Positions 9,732 through 19,107 of a DNA stretch of 64,000 nt are shown here, piece after piece. Source of the stretch: Bacilli bacterium. Its GTDB lineage: Bacteria > Bacillota_I > Bacilli_A > RFN20 > CAG-826. How positions within the stretch are numbered: the first letter of the stretch is position 1; each line of letters starts with the position of its first letter. The translations under genes were made by a program, and so were the position numbers. Under the pieces are notes generated by a model. The model did not search any database. It was not told the DNA's origin and saw only the letters and a program-made list of their open reading frames with translations. Location of the stretch: NCBI GenBank assembly GCA_051872395.1, contig JBJEDU010000029.1:9358-73357 (forward strand), given 5' to 3'.

Positions 9732-11503
9732 AAAAGTGCCTTTTCATCATCCTTAGAAAATAAATATATAGATGATTCATCAAAAGATAATGAGATTTCT
9801 TGATTATCCACTACCTTATTTTTAATTGAAGTTGAAATAATTAATTTTTCTTTCTTATTTATTAACGAACAATAAATCAAGCAATCTTCTCCAAGATGTT
9901 CACATAAATCGACCCTTGATTTAATCGATTGTTCTTTATATAAATAATCATTTTCTAAATATATAGCTTTAGGTCTAATACCTAAATATACTTCTTTATT
10001 TATATATTCATCCTTGATTTTATTTTTTAAATCTTTTGAAGTAACAAATTTTATTTCATCAAATAATAGGTTTTTATCTTCATCGATTTTAGCATCGATA
10101 AAATTCATTGGTGGGGTTCCAATAAAACCAGCGACAAATTTATTAACTGGGTGAAGAAATAATTCATCTGGACTACTAACTTGTTGAATATATCCATCTT
10201 TCATAACAACAATTTTATCCCCCATTGTCATCGCTTCAATTTGATCATGGGTAACATAGATAAAGACAGTATTTAATTTTTTATGTAAATTAGTAATCTC
10301 ACTTCTCATTTGTCCGCGCATTTTAGCGTCAAGATTTGAAAGTGGTTCATCTAAAAGAAATACTTTTGGTTTTCTAACAATCGCTCTTCCTAACGCTACG
10401 CGTTGACGTTGACCACCTGATAAATTTTTAGGGTATGAATCAAGTCTATCTTTTAATCCAATAATTTCAGCGGCAGAATTTACTATCTCGTTGATTTCTT
10501 TTTTACGATTTTTTCGGTATTTTAAACTAAAATAATACTCTAATGGAATTCTTTTATTAGTTAGAGGAAAAGTAATATTTTTCTTAACAGTTAGATGAGG
10601 ATATAAAGCATAATTTTGAAAAACCATTGCAACATTTCTATCTTTTGGGTCGACGTCATTTAATATTTCATCATCGATATAAAGTTCTCCATCAGATATT
10701 TCTTCAAGTCCGGCAATCATTCTTAACATCGTTGATTTTCCACATCCAGAAGGACCGACAAAGACAACAAATTCATTATCTTTAATTTCTAAATTGAAAT
10801 CATGAACTGCTTCAAATCCATTAGGATATATTTTTTTAACATGTTCAATTTTAATATGTGTATTATTTTTTAACACTAAAGGTAATAGTTCTTTAATGCT
10901 TTTTAATTTATAGTTAGCCTTTTCATATAGGTCAGCACCATTAATACCACATGATTTAATCTTTGCGTTTTTCGCAGCGTCTATTCCCGCTTGTGCGTCT
11001 TCCACTACTAAAACTTCATCTCTTTTTAAAAATAGTTTTCTTCTCGCTTTAGTAAAAACTTCTGGGTGAGGTTTAGAATGCTTGATTAAATTTCCATCGA
11101 TAATTACATCAAACATATCTTTAATTTCTAATTGTTCCAATATTTTAATGGTATTTTTACTAGAAGAGCCAATCGCTAATTTAATATTGTTTTCTTTCAA
11201 AGTTTTTAATACTTCAAAAACATTAGGTAATAAATCTTTTTTAGTTAATGTGGATAAAGATTCGACATATATTTTATTTTTCTCGCTTGCGAGTTTATTC
11301 TTTTCATCTTGACTATATTTCTTATTAGCTTTTTCTAAAATAATTTCTAAAGAATCCATTCTAGAAACGCCTCTTAAACGATTATTTATTTCTTCATCAA
11401 AATAAATGTTTTCTTTATCAGCAATTACTTTCCAAGCATTATAGTGAAGTGTATCAGTCGTTACTAATACACCATCAAGATCAAATATAATTCCTTTAAT
11501 CAT
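9728..11503 (-). CDS. Single-ORF fusion of an N-terminal beta-phosphoglucomutase (HAD superfamily, ~215 aa) and a C-terminal sugar ABC-transporter ATP-binding protein (MsmK/MalK-like, ~370 aa)
   Basis: The N-terminus MIKGIIFDLDGVLVTTD is HAD motif I; ...GSSSKN... and ...EDAQAGIDAAKNA complete the beta-PGM pattern. The C-terminal half has Walker A (GPSGCGKST), the LSGGQRQRVALGRA signature and Walker B (VFLLDEPLSNLD), plus a MalK-type regulatory tail. There is no internal stop or frameshift. Confidence 0.8.
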   Translation of the reverse strand: MIKGIIFDLDGVLVTTDTLHYNAWKVIADKENIYFDEEINNRLRGVSRMDSLEIILEKANKKYSQDEKNKLASEKNKIYVESLSTLTKKDLLPNVFEVLKTLKENNIKLAIGSSSKNTIKILEQLEIKDMFDVIIDGNLIKHSKPHPEVFTKARRKLFLKRDEVLVVEDAQAGIDAAKNAKIKSCGINGADLYEKANYKLKSIKELLPLVLKNNTHIKIEHVKKIYPNGFEAVHDFNLEIKDNEFVVFVGPSGCGKSTMLRMIAGLEEISDGELYIDDEILNDVDPKDRNVAMVFQNYALYPHLTVKKNITFPLTNKRIPLEYYFSLKYRKNRKKEINEIVNSAAEIIGLKDRLDSYPKNLSGGQRQRVALGRAIVRKPKVFLLDEPLSNLDAKMRGQMRSEITNLHKKLNTVFIYVTHDQIEAMTMGDKIVVMKDGYIQQVSSPDELFLHPVNKFVAGFIGTPPMNFIDAKIDEDKNLLFDEIKFVTSKDLKNKIKDEYINKEVYLGIRPKAIYLENDYLYKEQSIKSRVDLCEHLGEDCLIYCSLINKKEKLIISTSIKNKVVDNQEISLSFDESSIYLFSKDDEKALF

Positions 11504-13569
11504 CTTATTTCCTCCATCTTAACTTCGTTTTTGTTTATTAAAATTTGATATTTTTTGTTTCTAAAATGAATTTTAAATGATAATTCTTTCCATCGATGAA
11601 TCAATTTTGGCTTAAACGCTAAATTGTTGTTTTCGTCAATATAAATACCGGCATAACCACGAATTACATCTAAATACGCTCCAGCGTTACTAGCAGGATG
11701 AGTGCCGCCTATATAAATTCCTCCAGCGTATATTTTCTGTTTTGTTCCTAAATCAATTGAAGATGATTGACGGAACATTTTATATGATGTTTTGTAATCT
11801 TTTGAATATAAAGCACATAAAGAATACATTGAACTCGATAATGAACTTCCATGTTCCGTATATGGCAAATAGAAATCGTAATTATTTTTAATCAAAGAAG
11901 AAGAAAAATCATTATTAAAAAGGGCTAACGCTGCAATAACATCAGCTTGCTTAATGACTCTAGTTTTACTAGCAACCCCGTTTTTAGCGCCCCAATATTC
12001 ATTTGGGTGGCGAAGTCGACTTCGTACCGTATCAACTTTAACGTCTTCGAGTTTATAGTAACCATCAAATTGTTCAATTACACCATTATGATTCGCTTTA
12101 GGAATATAAATCTTATCAATGAATTGTTTAACTTCATCTTTAAATTCATCGTTATCATCAAGATATTTAACTAATGACTCACTCGCCTTTTTTATCGAAT
12201 AATTTGTAAAGAAATTATCATTAACTCTTTCATGATATTCATCTGGACCAATAACATCATAGAAATGATAATAGCCATCAATTTCTTTTTTATAACTCAT
12301 ATAAAATTTGATGCACTCTTTCATCATTTCTAGCCCACCCAAAGAGAGCAAAGAATAATCATTAGTGTATTCTAAATAAGTCGCTAAAGCGTTGACCATA
12401 TCCGCGGATGTATGAATTTGTTTTTCATTGAAATAAGTTCTGATTGGTTCATTTGTAAAAACATCAGTGACGTTATATTTTGAACACATCTCTTTTCCTT
12501 CTTGTGATTCCCAAGGATAAAACGCTCCATCATAATGATGTTTTTTGGCATTTTCTTTAGCGTCAGACAATGTGTTGATTCGATATAATAAATTATTTCT
12601 CGCAATATTAGGATTAGTAAAAATATAAAATGGGTTTAAAAATATTTCAGTATCCCAAAATATTGCGCCTTTATATGTTTGACCACTAATACCTCTTGCA
12701 GCGATGCTATTTTTATTATCATCGTTTGATAATATCAGTAGTTGATATACGCTATAATCTAGTTCATCTTGAGCCGATTTATCACCTTTTATATGTATTT
12801 TGGCATTTTGAAAATTTTCATAAAATAATTTTGAATGATCATTTTTATATTGAAGATATATTTTTTTATTAATCTTAGATGTTTCTCTATTTATTTTATT
12901 AGGATAAATTTTTACTAAGACATAAATATTTCTAATTTCGCCTTCTTTTAAAAATGAGGACAATTGGTACATTGTTTCATTTTTTATAACATCAAATTTA
13001 TTAAATTTATAATTCGCAACTAAAGAGATGGTTTTATTTTCATTGGTCACCCCACTAAAAGCAATGCGATTATTATAAATTTTATAATTTGACTTTTTAA
13101 AATGGGGACCATTAATATCCCAAATTAAAGGATCTAATCCAATATCTATCACAACATTTTGTTCTTTCTTAGCCCTTATTTTAAAGTGAAGCAATAAAGA
13201 ATCATCGCTATGAATAGATACGAATCTTTCACTACAAATTTCTAAAGTGTTAAATTCTGTTTTTCTTTTAAAAATTGCTTTTTCAATATCTAGTGATACT
13301 TGGTGTTTACTAGCGGTATTAACCAAAAGTGAACAATCTTCAAAATTATTTTTAACATGAATATAAAAAGGGTTTGGAAGATTTATGGTTTCTCTCCATT
13401 TATCTTTGTAACGGTCATAAAAACCAGCAACATTTAAAGCGACAAGATTATCTTTTTTATATTCTTCTAAAGTTCCGCGATATCCATATTTACCATTGCC
13501 AAGTAAAAACATGTTACCAAAAGAGGTAATATTTTCTAATGAATATCCTTTTTTAATTAATGTTTTCAT
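11500..13569 (-). CDS. Glycoside hydrolase family 65 alpha-glucoside phosphorylase (maltose/kojibiose/nigerose-phosphorylase family); specificity unknown
   Basis: The protein is 689 aa. The architecture is the GH65 N-terminal beta-sandwich, central (alpha/alpha)6 and C-terminal domain. It is paralogous to the adjacent 749-aa GH65 ORF and translationally coupled to neighbours (ATGA overlaps). Confidence 0.7.
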   Translation of the reverse strand: MKTLIKKGYSLENITSFGNMFLLGNGKYGYRGTLEEYKKDNLVALNVAGFYDRYKDKWRETINLPNPFYIHVKNNFEDCSLLVNTASKHQVSLDIEKAIFKRKTEFNTLEICSERFVSIHSDDSLLLHFKIRAKKEQNVVIDIGLDPLIWDINGPHFKKSNYKIYNNRIAFSGVTNENKTISLVANYKFNKFDVIKNETMYQLSSFLKEGEIRNIYVLVKIYPNKINRETSKINKKIYLQYKNDHSKLFYENFQNAKIHIKGDKSAQDELDYSVYQLLILSNDDNKNSIAARGISGQTYKGAIFWDTEIFLNPFYIFTNPNIARNNLLYRINTLSDAKENAKKHHYDGAFYPWESQEGKEMCSKYNVTDVFTNEPIRTYFNEKQIHTSADMVNALATYLEYTNDYSLLSLGGLEMMKECIKFYMSYKKEIDGYYHFYDVIGPDEYHERVNDNFFTNYSIKKASESLVKYLDDNDEFKDEVKQFIDKIYIPKANHNGVIEQFDGYYKLEDVKVDTVRSRLRHPNEYWGAKNGVASKTRVIKQADVIAALALFNNDFSSSLIKNNYDFYLPYTEHGSSLSSSMYSLCALYSKDYKTSYKMFRQSSSIDLGTKQKIYAGGIYIGGTHPASNAGAYLDVIRGYAGIYIDENNNLAFKPKLIHRWKELSFKIHFRNKKYQILINKNEVKMEEIR

Positions 13570-15815
13570 CTTTTAATAATTGTCACACCTTCGTTAATAT
13601 TTTTAAGATGATTATAAATTTTCATCTTTATTTTTTTATTACCATTATTTGTAATCTTTAATTCATTTTTATCAATGAAGAAATTAATCAAATTACCTTG
13701 AATATTTAAATTAAATGAATATGACTTCCATTTTTTAGGAAGAGTTGGAGCGATGGATAACACTTTTTTATCGCTTCTAAATCCTCCAAAACCATAGACT
13801 ATATTTAACCACGCTGCAGCAATAGAGGTCATATGAATGCCTTCTTTTGTATTGTTATTATAATCATCCAAATCGAGTCTAGTCGCGTAGCGGAAAAAAT
13901 TATACGCTTCTTTTTCTTTCCCAATTTGATTAGCGATAACGCTATGAACAGATGGGGATAAAGATGATTCATGAATACAAAGCGGTTCGTAATATTCATA
14001 ATTGGCTTTTAATTGATCAAAAGTAAAATCTTGATTATATAAAAGCATAAACATCAAGACGTCAGGTTGCTTAATCATGTCATTTCGATAAATTCGATCG
14101 TATGACCAATTTGAATAAAGTGGAAAATCTTTATCGGGGATTTTATCTACATCGATATGAGGCAATTTAAAAAATCCATCGTGTTGCTCAAAGAGTTTCG
14201 TTTTTTCATCATAGATGATAAGCATATGATCTCGAGCTTTTTTTATTTTTGAATAAAATTTATTATTAATTTCACATTTGTTTTCAATATCTATAAAATT
14301 ATACGATTTATCTTTTTTTATTTTTAACAAATAATCAAATGTCTTTTTCGCCATGTAATTAGTGTACGTATTATGATTGACCATTAACTGAAATTCATCT
14401 GGTCCCATAACCCCATAAAATCCAAAATATTTTTTATCTTTAGAATATTCTCCTCTCGATAATAAAAATTTAGATATTTCAATCAATAATTCAATTCCAT
14501 AATTTTGCATAAAATCATGGTCATTATATACATTCATATAATGTTCAATCGCATAGGAAACCGCAGTGGAAGGTTGGAATTGACAAGAGGCATGTTGCCA
14601 TAAAGTACAAGCTTCTTCCCCAGTTCTAGTCGCAATTGGAAAACACGCGCCTTCACAATCTAAATCTTTTGCTCTTTTCTTTGCTTCCTCTAACGTATTA
14701 TATCTAAACAACAATAAATCTTTGCTTGCCTCTTTATTATTAAATAAATAATAAGGAAGACAATAGGTTTCACTATCCCAAAAAGCATGGCCTGAATAAG
14801 CTTCTCCTGTCAAACCTTTTGCCCCAATATTGTTATCTTTTTCAATTCCATGATATGTTTGTTCTAATTGAAATAAGCAAAATCTAATCCCTTGTTGATT
14901 GACTTTATCGCCATTAATGACAATGTCGTTATGTTTATAGACGTTAAAGAAATATTTTTTATTATTTTGATAAATAGAATCAAATCCTTTTTTAATAAGT
15001 GACTCTAATTCATTTTGAGTTTCTAATTTTAATTTAACTGGGTCAATTTTTACTTTTGAAGCATTATTTATTACTAATCGGTCAATAATTTTCTTCTTTT
15101 CATTAATTTTGATTTTACTTGAAATTATTAATTGATCATCAATGAATTTAATTTCTTTATTATCTAAATTAGTTACATGCATTGAAGTCGCTAAATATTG
15201 TTCAGTTGTTAATGTTTGACACACTAAAGTAGGAATATTTAAATCTTTATCAATGACCTTATAATATCTATTTTTACCCCAGTGCTTTATTGAAGCATCT
15301 AAAATAAAATCGACATCTAAATATAATTCTTTATCGCTTGAAATAGTTAATCTAACCGCACCTTCATGAACGTCAGTCATCGATAATAATCTTTCAAAGC
15401 GAATATTAATTTTATTATCTTTGACTAACCAAACAAATTCTCTAATATATTTACCATCTCTAAAATCAATTTCTCTTCGAAAGTTAGCGAAATTAGATTT
15501 ATTTAAATCTAATATTTCATCATCTAATTTAATTCTAATTTTTACCCAGTTCGTCGAATTAATGGTGAAATGAGTTCTTTTTGCAATGCCTTTATAGGAT
15601 TGATGAATTTCTTCACCATATTCAATAATTCCATTATAATAAGTACCAATTAATTGATTTGAAGAATAATCTTCATCAAAAAATCCACGAATTCCTGAAT
15701 ATTCATTAGCCAAAGAAAATAATGATTCTGAGACCATATCTCTATCTTTATAAAATCCTTTTTCTATCAATTTAAACGGATGAACTTTTAAATATTGTTT
15801 TTTTATTTTAGCCAT
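13566..15815 (-). CDS. Glycoside hydrolase family 65 phosphorylase (second paralogue)
   Basis: The protein is 749 aa. GH65-like conserved blocks (...GAKGLTGEAYSGHAFWDSE..., ...DPLCIHESSLSP...) are shared with the 689-aa paralogue. Confidence 0.7.
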   Translation of the reverse strand: MAKIKKQYLKVHPFKLIEKGFYKDRDMVSESLFSLANEYSGIRGFFDEDYSSNQLIGTYYNGIIEYGEEIHQSYKGIAKRTHFTINSTNWVKIRIKLDDEILDLNKSNFANFRREIDFRDGKYIREFVWLVKDNKINIRFERLLSMTDVHEGAVRLTISSDKELYLDVDFILDASIKHWGKNRYYKVIDKDLNIPTLVCQTLTTEQYLATSMHVTNLDNKEIKFIDDQLIISSKIKINEKKKIIDRLVINNASKVKIDPVKLKLETQNELESLIKKGFDSIYQNNKKYFFNVYKHNDIVINGDKVNQQGIRFCLFQLEQTYHGIEKDNNIGAKGLTGEAYSGHAFWDSETYCLPYYLFNNKEASKDLLLFRYNTLEEAKKRAKDLDCEGACFPIATRTGEEACTLWQHASCQFQPSTAVSYAIEHYMNVYNDHDFMQNYGIELLIEISKFLLSRGEYSKDKKYFGFYGVMGPDEFQLMVNHNTYTNYMAKKTFDYLLKIKKDKSYNFIDIENKCEINNKFYSKIKKARDHMLIIYDEKTKLFEQHDGFFKLPHIDVDKIPDKDFPLYSNWSYDRIYRNDMIKQPDVLMFMLLYNQDFTFDQLKANYEYYEPLCIHESSLSPSVHSVIANQIGKEKEAYNFFRYATRLDLDDYNNNTKEGIHMTSIAAAWLNIVYGFGGFRSDKKVLSIAPTLPKKWKSYSFNLNIQGNLINFFIDKNELKITNNGNKKIKMKIYNHLKNINEGVTIIKR

Positions 15816-15817
15816 AA

Positions 15818-16738
15818 TTATTCTTTAATTCCTCCAGATGTCGCGCCACCTAAAATTTGTTTTTGGAAGATAATAAACAAAATGATTTGAGGGATCATAG
15901 ATATAACTAATAAAAGAAGGAAATCACTCGTATCAAATGTTGGGGTTGTCATCGTTCCTAAATCATAAATGTAAACCATAATGGTCGCTAATGATTCATT
16001 TTGTAATACTAGTTTTGGAAGAAGAAAGTCACAATATGCAGCGGTCATTGTAAAAATTGCAACAACACCAATAATAGACTTATTTAATGGTACAATGACT
16101 TTAAAGAATACTTTAATATCACCAAGACCGTCGATTCGAGCGGCCTCAATAAAACTTTTTGGTGTCTTTTCAAAAGAATTCTTTAAAAGCATGTAATAAT
16201 ATGCATTAGCCCCAAAAGTTAAACAAAGTGGTAAATAGGAATTAATAAGTCCCAATTTAGTAATTTCCATAAATAATGGCACGATTGATAATGCAGAAGG
16301 TATCATATAGCCTAATAAAATTAAAATGTTGATTACCTTATAACCAACAGGTTTTAAAATTCCAACAACGTACGCTAAAAGGCCATTAAAAACAACAGAA
16401 CAAATAATCGCCCCAATAACAACAATCAAAGTGTTACCATAATATTTTAATAAATCCATCTTTTGCCACACTTTAAATATTTTTGTAATATCAAAAACTT
16501 GAGGAAAGAGATGATATTTTGTTGAATTGATTTCTTGAATAGTTTTAAAAGAAGTAATAAATAACCAAATAATTGGCACTAAAGCCACTAAAACAAACAA
16601 AACTAAAATGGTAATAAATATCGCATAAATTATCTTATTATGAAGTTTTCGATAATCAGAAAAATTTAATACACCATTTAATTTATCTTTTAAATGTTTA
16701 TTATTATATTCTAAGGTTTTAGTTTTTCTCTTTTTCAT
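15818..16738 (-). CDS. Carbohydrate ABC transporter permease (MalG/UgpE-like)
   Basis: Six TM helices and an EAA-like loop (FIEAARIDGLGDIKVFFKVIVPL). Confidence 0.8.
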   Translation of the reverse strand: MKKRKTKTLEYNNKHLKDKLNGVLNFSDYRKLHNKIIYAIFITILVLFVLVALVPIIWLFITSFKTIQEINSTKYHLFPQVFDITKIFKVWQKMDLLKYYGNTLIVVIGAIICSVVFNGLLAYVVGILKPVGYKVINILILLGYMIPSALSIVPLFMEITKLGLINSYLPLCLTFGANAYYYMLLKNSFEKTPKSFIEAARIDGLGDIKVFFKVIVPLNKSIIGVVAIFTMTAAYCDFLLPKLVLQNESLATIMVYIYDLGTMTTPTFDTSDFLLLLVISMIPQIILFIIFQKQILGGATSGGIKE

Positions 16739-17637
16739 CTAATTTTCTCCTTAGAATTATTAAATCTATTAGTAAATAAGAAATAAATAACTGTAATTAA
16801 AATAATAATTAAAGCAAGAATAACACTTGTTGCTGCACTTTTTGTATCTTCCATATTTGTGAAATATAAATATGATAATTGCATTAATGACATCGCGTCT
16901 TTTGATTTGTTTCCAGCGATAATCATCGGCTCATAAAATACTTGGAAGACAGATATAATTTGTAAGATTAATAAAGTTAAAATTGTCGGCTTCATTAAAG
17001 GCATCGTAATCTTAAAAAATCTTTGAAGAGGACTGGCCCCATCAATACGACTAGCTTCATATAAATTAGAATCAATATCTTGGAAATTTGACATGTAAAT
17101 TAAAGATGTGCCTCCAAATCCCTTCCAAGTCATCGCGACAACAATAAGAGGAATAACGATATCAGAATTGCTTCTAAAATTCATTCTTTCCAAACCAAAT
17201 ATCGATCTTATAACATTAAGTATCGAATACGCTTCATCTCCATATATATTTTGAAATAAGAAGACAACAGCGATACCGCTCAACATACAAGGAATATATA
17301 AACAAACTCTAAAAAATCCTTTAAGGTGGATAACTTCACTAAGAATAAATCCAACAATCATTGGAATAAAAAATCCAATAACAATCGACCATAAAATGTA
17401 TTTAAAAGTATTGAAAAATGCTGAAACAAAATAATTATCTTTGAATACCGCTTGATAATTAGCGAAACCAACAAATTTATCCATATCATAATTAGAGAAA
17501 AATGAAATGAATATATTTTTAATAAGCGGATACCAAACAAAGAATACGAAAAGAAGAAGCGTTGGAAGCATGATTAGCCATGCGACAACATTTTTCTTAA
17601 TTTTAGAAATTATTTTCTTCTTTTTCTTTATATTCAT
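16735..17637 (-). CDS. Carbohydrate ABC transporter permease (MalF/UgpA-like)
   Basis: Six TM helices and an EAA loop (YEASRIDGASPLQRFFKITMPL). Overlaps the downstream gene by 4 nt. Confidence 0.8.
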   Translation of the reverse strand: MNIKKKKKIISKIKKNVVAWLIMLPTLLLFVFFVWYPLIKNIFISFFSNYDMDKFVGFANYQAVFKDNYFVSAFFNTFKYILWSIVIGFFIPMIVGFILSEVIHLKGFFRVCLYIPCMLSGIAVVFLFQNIYGDEAYSILNVIRSIFGLERMNFRSNSDIVIPLIVVAMTWKGFGGTSLIYMSNFQDIDSNLYEASRIDGASPLQRFFKITMPLMKPTILTLLILQIISVFQVFYEPMIIAGNKSKDAMSLMQLSYLYFTNMEDTKSAATSVILALIIILITVIYFLFTNRFNNSKEKIR

Positions 17638-17640
17638 AAA

Positions 17641-19041
17641 TTATTTATTGTTGTATGCTTCATCTAATTTTTCTTGATATTGGGCATTACAAGTCGTAAG
17701 AATTGACAATGTGTTGCAAGTTGAAGGATTATCAAATACTTGCGCGATTGCGTTATCTAATATTTCATACATTTCTTGTGGTAAATATTCAACCTCAGGA
17801 TGTTTATTTGAATCTATTGAATCGAAAAATTCATTATAATATCTCATATCAACATTGATATATTCTTCTAATAATTCATTTTTAAATTCTACATATTCAT
17901 CATTAATCCACGGTGATATTTCTTTCATGATTGGTTGATTTTTTCTTTTTGCTACTTCATAGCCATATCTCATCGCTTCTTTAGAAATATCATTAATGTT
18001 TGGGGATCTACCAATGTAATCAAAGAATTTCAAAACGCCTTTAACTTGTTCATCAGTCGCATTTTTTGCAAAGACAAATGGAGTTCCACCATATAAAGAA
18101 TATCTTTTATTACCATTGGCGCTTGGCATTGGAACAAAAGCAAAATCATTCATATCTAAGTGCGCTTGCGTGGAAGCAAGTTTAATAACATCGTTTCCCA
18201 CAACCGCCATCGCGACCTGATCACCAATTTTATTATACCAACCTTCATACTCTACCGATTTTTGATTGAGCAATAATTCTTCGTTTTTAAGTTCTTTAAT
18301 CCAATCGAGTGCGGCAACTGCTTCCTCACAGTTTAAGTTAGCTTTGATTTTTCCATTTTCAATCTTCGTTAAAGAAGCACCAAAATTCCAAGCATAATTA
18401 GAGAATTGCCAACCACCATTTTTATTTGTTGAGCAAATATAAATAGCTTTTGTGTCGCTAGATTCAGTTATTTCTCTTCCAGCTTCAATAATTTCATCAA
18501 AGGTTGTTGGATATAAAGGATTATTGTCACTATCATAAAGAATATATTTATTATCAGAATCTTTTTCAATTAATCCATTATCATAAAATGTTTTTAAATT
18601 AATCAATAAACCAAGACCATAGCCATCACGAGGAATGCCATATATTTCATCATTGAAAGTTAAAGCATCTTTCATTTCAGAGTCCATCTTATCAAGCCAG
18701 CCGACTTCTTCTAATTCACTTTGAATAGAACGAATGAAGCCTGAATTAACTAATGATTCTGGTTCAGTAAACCACGTTTGAAAAACAGTAGGAAGGGTGC
18801 CACTTCTGGCTCTTGCAATAATTGTGTCTTTTGAATATTCATAGTGGTCTGCAACAATCTCATATTGAGGAAAATCTCTTTCAAAATTTGCTTTCCAAGC
18901 AGTATACATGCTGACATCTTCTCGATCGGTTGAAAGTGGCCAAAACCCAATCTTTAATTGGATTTTATTATTTTTATTACAACCAACAAGAAGTGGAATA
19001 GAAAGCATTGTTACACAAAACAATAACGATTTATTTTTCAT
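17641..19041 (-). CDS. Extracellular sugar-binding lipoprotein of the ABC transporter (family 1 SBP)
   Basis: Signal and lipobox MKNKSLLFCVTMLSIPLLVGC. The size and composition are typical of MalE-like SBPs. I place the start at the ATG at 19041, which is preceded by GGAGGA; the track ORF begins at a TTG at 19056. Confidence 0.75.
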   Translation of the reverse strand: MKNKSLLFCVTMLSIPLLVGCNKNNKIQLKIGFWPLSTDREDVSMYTAWKANFERDFPQYEIVADHYEYSKDTIIARARSGTLPTVFQTWFTEPESLVNSGFIRSIQSELEEVGWLDKMDSEMKDALTFNDEIYGIPRDGYGLGLLINLKTFYDNGLIEKDSDNKYILYDSDNNPLYPTTFDEIIEAGREITESSDTKAIYICSTNKNGGWQFSNYAWNFGASLTKIENGKIKANLNCEEAVAALDWIKELKNEELLLNQKSVEYEGWYNKIGDQVAMAVVGNDVIKLASTQAHLDMNDFAFVPMPSANGNKRYSLYGGTPFVFAKNATDEQVKGVLKFFDYIGRSPNINDISKEAMRYGYEVAKRKNQPIMKEISPWINDEYVEFKNELLEEYINVDMRYYNEFFDSIDSNKHPEVEYLPQEMYEILDNAIAQVFDNPSTCNTLSILTTCNAQYQEKLDEAYNNK

Positions 19042-19063
19042 TAGATTATCCTCCAATTGTTTA

Positions 19064-19091
19064 ATGTAGGGGGAAAAGTCCCCCTACATTA
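19064..19091 (-). promoter_or_regulatory. Intercistronic GC-rich stem-loop between the 813-aa lipoprotein gene and the SBP gene (mRNA stabiliser or partial terminator)
   Basis: AATGTAGGGGG-aaaagt-CCCCCTACATT is an 11-bp perfect stem, exceptional in this AT-rich DNA. It sits 23 nt upstream of the SBP start. Confidence 0.5.
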
Positions 19092-19107
19092 TTAAATTTT
19101 AAAATTA

